Assembly (NCBI GenBank): GCA_012295275.1
Contig: CM022672.1
Coordinates: 12,338,001 to 12,402,000, forward strand
Reading direction: 5' to 3'
Source: Chrysomallon squamiferum
Taxonomy: Eukaryota > Animalia > Mollusca
Length of the DNA stretch: 64,000 nucleotides
Position numbers and translations under genes: made by a program
The notes under the pieces: model-generated
Told to the model about the DNA's origin: nothing
What the model saw: only the letters and a program-made list of their open reading frames with translations
Databases searched by the model: none
Shown here: positions 52,883-64,000 of the stretch, piece after piece
Layout: each line of letters begins with the position of its first letter
How positions within the stretch are numbered: position 1 is the first letter of the stretch

Positions 52883-54734
52883 ATGGCCACAGCAAATTAT
52901 CCACCTCTGCCTCCTGGATGGGAAGCCCGATGGGCTCCAGCTGAAAGAGCATAGTATGTTGTTAATAAACATATCGCTGTAGCTGCTGATCTCTAATTTT
53001 TCTTTTATGTTATTTTGTTATAGATGACTTTATTATTCACATAAAATGTGACATTTGACAGCCCGGGCTGGTTTTTGTTGTTGTTGTTGTTTACATTACA
53101 ATACAAAATATTTTATTAATTATAATCGTAATTATGTTAAAAATATTTGCGTAATTTACATCATATTAATTATGATATTGTTTGTCACAGGGATATTGAT
53201 ACTGTTGCCATCTTTAAAAAGGATTTTCAAAATATCATTTTCCTATAAAATTATATATCAGAAGAACAAAAAATACAAAATAAAAATAAATAAATAAAAA
53301 CAATAGAAAGAAGAAAAAAGCACATAAAATGGCACAAAGATATCTTTGAAAAATTTCACACATTTTGCAACATAAACACTGAATATCTCATTTTTTCAGC
53401 AACAGCAATTGTAGTGACTGTGTCATTGGCTGAAAGTACAGTTTGGTACCCCAAATTAAGTACCTGCTACCCAAATTATTTGTATTAAATTTGACAGACT
53501 ATGAGAGAAATGCATAATTTGTACTTTATATGATTTAAAGTCACCAATAAGCTTACCTTAGCTACATAATGACCATTTTGAAATGGTAAAGTTGTCAGTT
53601 ATTTCTCTGTTGTTTATTAAAAATCATATGTCAAGAAACAAATATGATGATGAAGCTTAATGTGTATAATATGTCATGATATTTGTTTGTTTTTTAAAAT
53701 ATTTTAAAATAATGATGAAACAGAAAGGCAAATGAGGGAATCCTCTCGAAGGTCAGCAAAAAAAAAAAAATCACAAAAATCTGGACACCTTCTGCTGCAG
53801 CACACATTCAGTTTTTGTCACATACCTGATTTATACAAGATATTAGTATGTTTTAAAAAGCTGTTTTGATTCAAACAGTATTAATGGAAATTAAAAATGT
53901 GTTTATCAATTAAGCTAGCCACATGACAAATTTAGAATAAAAAAATGTTTTAAATGTTTTACTACAATAATAATTAATATAAATTGTAATTTGTAATATA
54001 TATAAGTACTTCATGAAAATCAATTCCAACTTAAAGGCATTGTTAAATGTTTATTTTTGAAATTTTTCTTTAAATATTGTAGAAAATGACTTTCTATAAA
54101 AACCATTATCATGAATTTACACAAAACAAATCAAGTGAGGTGTACCTTGTGTATACCTCCCTGTTTATAGCTTACTAAAGTTTTTCTTATGCAATGTTAT
54201 GCAGTTCAATTTTGTCTTGAAAGTTGTATTTACTAAAGACATTCCATTGCCTTTTCCTGAAATCCAGAACTGACACATTGTTGATTTAATAAAATAATAG
54301 ATTTTACTGTTATGTTTTTCTTTAGTTTTTTTATAGACCACTCTACTAAGAAAACAACATGGGAAGATCCTAGGTTTGCAAGAGCAAATAAACCTGAAAT
54401 GGCACAGGTAAGAATTTTTAAGAGAAATATTAATTGTTAAGTAGTGTTTTAGGATTTTTTAAGGTGTAGTTGTCTGTTTTATTTTAACTTTGTTAAAAAA
54501 GATGCATGGCTACAAACTGAATATGAAAATAATTTGTATGGGTACTCAGACATGTGATTGCCATAAAAAGCATGATATCAATTTTATTCTTATTTTTATT
54601 AATAATAATCAGAACACCATCAGTAAAAATACAATCAGATTAATTTATTTTAACAAACTAAACTGTTTTAAAATGTGCTGTTAAAAATTTAATAACAAAT
54701 AATAATAATAAATAGTATGTATATATATAAAAAT

Positions 54735-54771
<37 letters not shown>

Positions 54772-55633
54772 TATCATCTAATACCCTTTATTCACCTACA
54801 ATTTTTAAATAAATAATATTCAAAAGCAATTACAAAATATTGTAGTAATCATTAAGTCTTATTAAGAAGAGCAGATTAGATAAGGCCAATAGTATTTAGT
54901 TTTTCATGGTAGCATGCATGATCTATGTGTGTTGTGTACTGGTGACAGGCTCTAGGTCATGGTGGAGGATCACATCACAGTACACCACAGAGAACAACAG
55001 ACAACATACAAATGAGGGACATGAGACATGGTCATGCAGAAGGTCATGGACATGGCCAGTTTGAACAGGTTAGTTGAAGATTGTGTCTGATGTATCTGTG
55101 AACTATAGTTATATCTTACAATATATAAATGGTTTAGGTTTAGCTCATTGCTTTGTTATAGTGTTGTATGTTATATATTATTACTGGGTTTTGGGTATAG
55201 TTTAATATTTAGATAAACAATTAATTTGATAATTTTAAAAAAATTACAGAATTATAAAAATTAATACTTTTTTCCTTCAATATTAATTTTGTTTGAAATC
55301 CTTATACTAGAGGATATTTTAAAACTAATAAACCTTAGTTTAGAAAATAATAATAATAATAATGAGTGGAAAATGTTTAAAATAAAATTATTTTCATCAT
55401 TATTTCACCTTGCTTTTCTAAATGTACATAAAATTTTATTTCAGATTTAACTATTACTGTTGAAGAAATATTTTTATAGCATCTTCTTAATTCATAAAAC
55501 ATCATTTTCAACAGTTAACTCTGAGATAAGACTGTATGCAAACTGATGGTTTAAATCTATTAATAAAACTATTTTATGACCTCCGAATCAGAGAGTATAG
55601 ATTTGATATTCAGTGAACCTTTAATATGAAATC

Positions 55634-55671
<38 letters not shown>

Positions 55672-58600
55672 AATTTTTTGCTTGTTTTATTTTTGTTTAT
55701 GTATATTATTTTAAAATAAAAAAATTCTTTCTCTATTAGGATACAACATTTACCAAGACCGTAGTTCATCATGCAAGTGAGAACAGCCCAGCTGAGAGAA
55801 TTAAGGCTATGTTTCCTTTAGCAACAAATGCTCTTATTAAAGATCTTTTAACAATGTACGTTTTAATATAGATTTATTAAACTATTCTGGATGGACTAAG
55901 TAAATTGTTCTAAAATTGTTGTATCCTTCTTCATTTCTCTGAAATAATGTCACAAATGAAAGCAGTCTCAAGACAACTCACAGAATTGTTATTTTATTAC
56001 TTTATGCTGTAAATATTATCACTAAAGTTTGGTAGACAGATGTAAAGTGACAGTCTTCTATAGAGAATAATAACACTGGATTTTATTTAAGTCTGATTGG
56101 GTTAATATTTATATAAAATATCTGTGCGCTGTCAGTTTATACCTCCACAGCTGTCACTTTTTAAATTAATGGAATGAAAATTGCTTTACAGGTTTGATCA
56201 GAATGAGCAGGAGGCAATGGAACAGCTTGTTGATCTAGGTTTTGAGAAAACAAGAGGATCGACTGATGTTTCTAGCAGACGTGCATCAGGTAGTTCCCCC
56301 CATCACCAGACATCTGGCAACCATTCTCGAAACACTCATCTAGAAGCACATACAACACAGCATCGTCAAGGCAGCTCCCCACATCACCATGGTGCCTCTG
56401 GTATTGCAAAATCACTGACTTCACCAACTATTTATTTGTTTTTGTTAAGTAGTTCATAAAATTAGCTTCACTTATTTTTCTAAATGAAATGAAGATACTC
56501 GATAAATTTTAGCCATCATTTTGGAAAAAACATTTTTATACAAGCAAATTATGGTTGGAATGACATTTATAATTTTGTTAAAACTGGTTTTCAGAAAACA
56601 AACAGATAAACTTATCTGCAATGCATACTTTATTATACATAAATAAAAATCGAAATTGAAAATAATTAATATGAATCAAATTTAATTAAAATTGTTTTCA
56701 AAATGTGTTTGTAATAAATTACATATTGATACTTAAACTTCAGAAATAAATTCATATTATTATTATGAATTTTTTTTTTTTTTTTATTATGTTTTAGGTG
56801 GGTCACATCATCAGACTGCTGCCAAGAAAATATCACCTCCAAAACATACATCAAATAACAAATCTGTTGAACAAACAAGGCCTCATTTATCAACAGCAGA
56901 AAAAAACAGAGGTGAGCTATTTTCTTTTTCTCCTCGCAGAAAACACGCACATGCAAACACGCACACATATACCAGCAACTACCTCTCTTCAACTTAACCT
57001 TGGTAATATCAAAATATCTTATACAAAAACCTTCCCAGAGGTTGTAAAATGCATTCCATTGCCTTTTGGTATCGTCTTAATGTAGTGATCATTTAAAAAA
57101 ATAATGCAAATCATTAAGATTTTGATTTAATTTTATTTTATTTGTCTTTGTTTCAGTTTTATCTCAGATGTTGTCAGAGTTTCATGATTTACATGAACAA
57201 GTGGTCACACTGGCAGTGGAATCATGTGACCATGATGTGCTGCGAATAAGAAATATTCTGAATGAATTAAAAGAAGAGACTTCAAGGTAAATGTTGTTTT
57301 AGGTTTTTTCCCCCACATTATATTACAAAAATCTTCAGAGTAGTTATACATTGCCTTGAATGTCATAATTAAATATAGTGTTCTGAAACAGTTCTGATTT
57401 TTGACTTCATCACAGTAATTGTATGTAATATTCAGAAACAAATTGTTTATAGTATTCTGAAGTAACTGGAAGAATCTCTGTAGTAACTGTATTTCATTGT
57501 TACCATTATAATTATATTATTAATAAAAAATAACATAACATTTCATTATTGTAATCTTAGAGAGGTACAAATAAGTAGCCTAAAAACTAATCTTGTTTTG
57601 TATTTTGTGGGGAGTTTGTGGAGGTTTTTCTTACTTTTTTTTATAACAAAAAGTAATGATAATGTAGGAATCCAAAAGCAGTACAAGATTTATTTCTTAT
57701 TTAAAACATACAAACATATACAGTTCCTGGTAATATCAACTTTGCAATAATTTACTCATTAGGTCAGGTTTCCTTTTTACATCTTCATTTATGAAATGAA
57801 ATTAAAAAAGAAATTATAAATACAAATGTGGGAAATGGCATTTCCTCAGGCCTGTTATTGTATTGCAGCTACTGTTCTTAGTTGTTAAAAACAAAGCCTT
57901 TGCATTTTCTTCTGAACATACCAGTGACATGTTTAATTAACTCAATTAATTAATTGTGTTGTCACAATAGCATTTACAGATCATATTATTTAATTTTAGG
58001 TCACAACCAGCTTCATCAGCTGCTCAAAGTAAGTAGAAACCAAAAATATATTTTGTTTCTGTTTATTAATTTATTTTTAGCAAGATAAATAATAATAATA
58101 ATAATAATTTTAATTTCTACAGTATTTTTCAGAACCAGTGTTGCTGATCAGAAATGAATGAATTTTTTTTTATATTCAGCTGTAGCATAGTACAAATATA
58201 TATAATCATTAAAAGTGATAAAATAAAATGGTAAAGTAATTATTTTTAAAAATGTATTTATTTATTATTATTACATTTTTAATGTCATATAATTATACAT
58301 TATTCTCAACTGCTTTTTTTTTCAGTTTTAAGCAGGGATCACAGCACTCCAGTTAACACTTCTGCTGTTTTGGAACCTGTAGTATTTGGGCAAAATGCTT
58401 CACAAGAACCAAGGTATCTTTATATCATTTCTATAATTTTCTTTTTGTATTTTATATTGTAATTTTTAAATAAACTTATTTGTAATGAAAACATTTTTTA
58501 CTTTATCATGTATTTTTGATGCAGCTCATTGATCATATATTTTTATTTCTTTATGTTTAGAATCATAGGTTGTTTTGTATTTTTAAAGATAGGTCACAGG

Positions 58601-61600
58601 AGAAACTTAATATCTTCTCTTTAAAAAATGGAAATCACTTATCACTATTTCAAGGTTTGAAACTACTTGAAATTACAGATGGTTAAAACTGTCAAACCTA
58701 ATTCAGAAATATTGTTTTGATAATATAAATTTATAAAAATTCAAATTAAAAATGGACAAAATTGTGAAAGTTATGTGAAAATATTAACCCTTCCATAACT
58801 GAAGCTGAGAGAGATTTTGAAGTGTTTTGTTTAAAATTTAAGGCAAATAGACAGAAGCCAAGAAAGTACTGTCCCCAATTCTGTACTGCATCCTCCTGCC
58901 TCCACACTGTCACCAGCTAGGGAAGCACAGTCACCAGCAAGACAGCCACAACAGAAAGCTAAACAAGTCACCAGGTAAAGTGTAAAACAATTAGGCAGCA
59001 TTTGTTTTTAACAACATTTAAGCACATTTTAGTGTTAATAGATGGTAGGAAGCAGGTGTATGGTTTGTTTTTTTGCATAATAAAGAAATAAAAGAAACCC
59101 ATTGTGTTCACTTTATGAGCTGAAAATTAGTTTATTATTAAAAAATATATATATATATATATATATATATTTTTTTGTTTATCTGGGATCAGTTCCTGCA
59201 ATCTTTCTTTTTTTTCACTTTTTTTTAAAAAAATACCCTTGAGGAAGAGCTTAATTTATAAGAAAGCTATTTAAGTTTTAATTACGTATCTTAAAGTAAC
59301 TTTGAGGGAAGAAAAGAATATTTTATTTTAAAAGAGCTCTGTTAGTTATAACTGGAAAAATTCTCTATCTGCTGTTAAGGATGAGTGAGCAACTTTTGCT
59401 GACAACCAATGACATGCTGTCCCACATTGCTCAGTCATGCTGTTTCAGTAACGAAGACATGTCGACATCTGACCATCACAGTGTTGATGACAGTGACAGG
59501 TGCACCAATTAGAACATCTGGCTTTTTGCTTATAAAATTTAAGCTTAATGCATGATGCCTGCAATGTCTGACCAGAATAATGAGGGAATTTTTGTAAAAT
59601 GGTTACCAGAATATCTGAACTGAAGATGTTAATTTTTGTAAATAATCCTTACTGAAGTAAAAAGAAATCCTAAGAAATTAGTATTATCTGTAGCTGGCTA
59701 GAAGACGTTTTGTGATTGTGTCAATACATACTGATAGTAAAGAATACATCCTATACATAGATGGTAATTAAATAATGATTAGTTTTAATAAAAACAGTTG
59801 CTGAAGTGCATTCTAGTACTGTTTTATTTCTGTATGTGCTTTTATCTTCTTTTCTTTTTTCTTTTTTTTTTTCTGCATTTTTTGTTACTCTGTGCCTTGG
59901 ACATACTTAAAGCGATGTTAAATTATGTATTTCATGTAATTCCATCCTACACTTGTTACAGACAATTCTGTTTTTAAATCAGTAAGTGTAGTACCTTGGA
60001 CCATATATAATCATCATGTTTAATCTTTTTTTTTTATATCTAAGACTTTTGAGACAAATTGGAATATCTACAATATTTTTTGGTTGTTTGATATTTTGTA
60101 TCACCCTAGAGATCCACTGTAGGGAAATTTTTACTGAAATAGTCATAACTGTCACTGAATAATGAATTCATTGTTATAAAAAAGAATATATATAAAATAT
60201 ATAATATGTTGTTTAATACTGAGTAACAGGAACACTTATTCAATATAAAAAATTAATCATTACTCTTAATAAAATTAAGCTATTAAATCATTAATGTACA
60301 TTCATAGTAAATGGAATTTTACAAGAATCATAGCAGATAGTTTGACATTTTGATTTTGTTTTAATTTCTTTAATATAGATAAGAAAAATAAATTGTTAAT
60401 TGGTTCACAAGAAATTAATTTGTAATTAGATGAATGTTTGCCATATCGTTGCATGAATGTTGTAACATTTTAATATTACAGTGCTTTCCTTTGCATCAAA
60501 ATTAGATTTTTGAAAGATTAATTTCTTATTGTAATAATATAGAATGATTTAATAAAATAAATAAAACTTTTTTGCTTAAAAGAAAAATATTCTGTGTAAT
60601 TATTTGAATGGTATTGTTTTCTCAAATAATACTGACTTTTTAAATTTTTATATAGTACTTTATTATTAAATATATAAATTGTAGAATATCTGATTTTGTA
60701 TGTAACTTATTCTATTTAAAATGTAAAGTGATAGTTTTTAATATTAGATATGAAATAAGAAAGCATATTACAATAGAAGTTTTAAGAATACATGTTTCAA
60801 TCAAATAAATTGTATAAATTAATAAAAGAATTATAATTTTCCTTTCTTTTATTAGTACAGTTTGAGAATTCCTTGTCTGAAATTCCAAAATCTGAAAAGC
60901 TCCTAAATTCAAGACATTTACCACACAGAAATAGTGACATATTACAGTTTTCAGACTGTTTTGCATACCAAAAATTCATTAAAAAATATTATGTAATATA
61001 TTTACAAATCCTGCAGACTATTGATTTTTGTAATTAAGCTATACAAGAAACATAAATGGAATTCATAATAACTTAGATCAGGCTATCACCTTATAGTTCG
61101 AAACCAAAAACTCTTCCAATCACAAGCGTTTCAGATAAAGAATCCTCAAGTTTATTTGTATTGTTTCAAATTAAAACAATAATTTTTCCATTGTACATTA
61201 TATTATTTTTTTTATATTATTTTTTTTTTTTTTTTTTTAAAGGATAAAAAGAGAACAACAGCCTGCAATAACAAGACAACCACTTCAACAGAAAGAGTCA
61301 CAAAGGACAGCAGCAAATGGGCCAAACCCAGCTCTGAGAAATGGACCAGACCCAGGCCTTCTTCTGTATGTTTCACTGTTTACAAACAAAAAATTAATTT
61401 TAAAAGTAAAATAGTAATTCCAGTACTATGTTTAATTTTTAAAATGAACTTTTATGATGCAAAGCTTAATTTTTATATAAAATTGTTAATTTTGATACCA
61501 TATTTAATTTTAGAAATGAAGCATAATTTTGTTGCTTTCTTTAATGTTACAAATGAAGTATTAAATCTAATACATAATAAAAATATTACTATATGATTCA

Positions 61601-61911
61601 TGTGTAAATATATAACTGATGATAAACTTAACAAAACCATATGATATATAGTTAGGTTTTTGTCTTTGGGTGAAAAAAGATCATATTGTAATTTATATAA
61701 TTAATATTTCTGTTTCAGAATGTCGTCTTCTCTTGCTCGGGGTCCAAATCCAGAGTATAGAAGTGGACCAGATCCAAGCAGGAGACTGGGTCCTCAAGGA
61801 GCACTTGGCCCAGATCCTTCACTGCATTGTGGAGCCCAGAGTCACTTGAGGAAGGGTCCAAGTTTGGATCATCTTGCAGCTAAGACTCCGTGTCTTGTGT
61901 CAGAACTTTAG
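52883..61911 (+). CDS. Uncharacterised WW-domain protein with two CUE/UBA-like domains and C-terminal GP[D/N]P repeats
   Basis: Frame-consistent exons 52883-52953, 54326-54407, 54949-55068, 55740-55855, 56192-56400, 56798-56911, 57157-57286, 58000-58028, 58326-58413, 58843-58974, 61243-61365, 61719-61911 (TAG). WW: [33 protein letters not shown]. CUE1: ERIKAMFPLATNALIKDLLTMFDQNEQEAMEQLVDLGF. CUE2-like: VLSQMLSEFHDLHEQVVTLAVESCDHDVLRIRNIL. Confidence 0.85.
60858..61153. mobile_element. Decayed pogo/Tigger-like (Tc1-mariner superfamily) MITE, about 296 bp
   Basis: Left end TA|CAGTTTGAGAATTCCTTGTCTGAAA and right end TTTCAGATAAAGAATCCTCAAGTTT form imperfect 25-bp inverted repeats (19/25). Subterminal sequence resembles Tigger4/MER46-type ends from memory. 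Confidence 0.7.
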
Positions 61912-63468
61912 AATTTCAAAATAACCAGTATTCTACAATGTTGCTGTTGGACCTTCTCCAATCACTGGTTACTGGACAAGTTTTTACTTTTCTATGGATT
62001 GTTCATTATTACATTAAAACAAGAATTAGTCTTTTTTTTCATCTACCAAGAGCATTTAGCTTTTAGAAATTTAGAGTATATATATTATGTATGATAGTCA
62101 TTAGGAAGATACTAGATCCATAAAAGATCTGAAATATTAATTAGTTTATAAGAAATGTATTTCTGCACATTTTAACAATATTTAGATATTGTAGTTTCAG
62201 TAGGTATATTGTCTTTACAAGATAGTTTTTAATAATCACCAGAATTCATTTCATTTGTGTCAAATTAGTCAGCATCTTGTTTAAATGTTTTTTTGTAATA
62301 TTACACCGAGAGACAAATATTTTTGCAATAAATCAGTTGTGCTCAATAATGTAAAAATGTAAATTTTTATATAACTAAATAACTTTAATAAGGCATGTTA
62401 GATTAAGTCACTAGTGTATTCGTATTGTAATTTACTAACAATTTATGTTTAAAAATATTGTTGTTTGATAAATTGTATATATTAAAGATATTTATAATGA
62501 ATTTCTTACATTTACTTTTATTCCATGTATTTTTTCACATAAATCCTTTCACTTTTATAATTCCTTGTTGTTATTTAAGGTGCCTATTTTTTCTTTTTTT
62601 TTCTTCTGTTTTTTTAATATTTACAGATCTGGGAATATTGTGCAAATAAGTATCTTGAAATTGTTTGTTATTTTAAAAAAATACCTCCACAAAGTACTTG
62701 TATGTAATTATATTTAATGAAATATCTGACCCTGAATGCATGTAGTATATGTACTCTTCTCTCTCATTTCTTTGTTTTAGAACATTGAGAATAAGGAAGC
62801 AAGAAAACAAAATTGCAGATTGTGAGAAAATACATTTTACTAACCATGATTTTTACTTTGTAAATTGTTGGGGTTTTTTTGTTGTTTTTTAAAATATTAT
62901 TCAAGTGTTTGTGAATGTTTTTTAAAATATTTTTATTGAAAATAAAATGATAAAATATCTAATAATTCCTTGCAGTGTTTTCTGTTTTACAAAACACTAA
63001 AACAACATTTTAAATAAATAAATATTTTAAAAAAGGAAAAATTATTTTGTCAAAACATATACATTGATACAGTCAAAACACCATTAAAAACACATGTACA
63101 AAAATTACTTTAAACATAATGAAAATTTATGAATGAATAGGTACAGTGATACATTATAATTGTCATATCTTTGACACTTTATGCAGAATGAAAAATGTAT
63201 CCAAAGGATAAAACCCTTTTTATTCATTATACTTCAGTAATCAGAGTCTGCAGTAAATTTTAATATCATACTCTTCCAAGTATTTTTTCTTCTAAACAGA
63301 TCAACATTTCCCTGAAGATGCAAACAAAAAAACACCTTCAAATGCTGCACATCTTTATTTTGAAGATGATACCTCCAGTACTGTTTGAAATCTATAAAGA
63401 ACATTTATGTGAAAATTCTTCAGTGTTTTACTGTTTCTTATCCAACAAGCCAAAATGTGATGTTTGAT

Positions 63469-64000
63469 TCAAACTTCATCTTCATTCAACAACATATTTG
63501 GTATTCCATTACTGATTGGAAATTTTCTTCCTGTCTCAGGACAAACAAGGTTTCCTTCAATAATCTCCACCTACAACAGATGTAATGATGATGAATAACT
63601 GCAATGACTAAAAGATGTACTAGCTGCATGCAATATAAAGATCATTTTTTCTTTCTAAAACGGGGCATAAACCTTAAAAAGATGTTTTGATGAAGATGTT
63701 GGCAGTAATTTAAAATCTGTCTAATAATAATTTTGTTTGACACGTTTCAGCAAATTATATTTCTGGTAATGGTCAAGTTCTGTAAACAATGGTAATGTTC
63801 ATTAAGGTCAGCTAATCTGCTAATTGGTAAATGTCTACAAATTAATTTTATTTTGTATTCCAGAATTATATAAAAATATTTTTGTTGCGAGTGTTTTATT
63901 TTTTCATAATCCTATATCAAAATCAGACACACTTATTGCACTGCACTGACAACGAGTATTTACCTGCATTAAAACATGGTGAGCCTTTTTAAGAAACTCT
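63469..64000 (-). CDS. TRMT112: Trm112 multifunctional methyltransferase subunit, last two exons (gene continues off the right edge)
   Basis: Minus-strand exons 64000-63964 ([18 protein letters not shown] donor) and 63570-63469 ([33 protein letters not shown]), matching the Trm112 C-terminal CPE(S/T)GR.FPI..GIPNMLL signature. Confidence 0.95.

Noticed and set aside
58414-58842. Second U12 intron (donor GTATCTTT, TTCCATAAC at about 58791)
   Set aside because: The donor mismatches RTATCCTT and follows exonic AG, as in U2 introns. The AGs 10-20 nt after the branch-like box give a stop or frameshift, and the in-frame acceptor is about 45 nt further on.
59540-59625. Possible intronic C/D snoRNA (ATGATG...CTGA)
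   Set aside because: Box C is imperfect, there is no terminal stem and no recognisable rRNA guide.

Overview
AT-rich, microsatellite-rich animal genomic DNA with short spliceosomal introns. It is probably an invertebrate, and a mollusc is my inference, not something the sequence proves. Reading splice sites and frames by hand gives six genes. (1) The 5' end of a TAPP/PLEKHA1-2-like PH-domain gene (- strand, runs off the left edge). (2) A complete 27-exon SFI1 centrin-binding gene (+) with one GT-AG U12-type (minor spliceosome) intron. (3) A complete 12-exon sideroflexin-5 gene (-). It carries a hidden duplicated copy of exon 10 with an in-frame TAG. (4) A STAND (NB-ARC-like) NTPase-TPR gene (+). 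It has no N-terminal effector, degenerate Walker A/B and sensor-1 motifs, three frame breaks in its last exon, and NF-kB/STAT/AP-1 motifs upstream. (5) An uncharacterised WW + 2xCUE + GP[D/N]P-repeat gene (+). (6) The 3' end of TRMT112 (-, runs off the right edge). Also present: an intact hAT MITE with an 8-bp TSD, a decayed pogo/Tigger-like MITE, several old copies of one SINE-like repeat, and small local duplications. Nearly all short ORFs in the supplied track are microsatellite or intron artefacts, or exon fragments.
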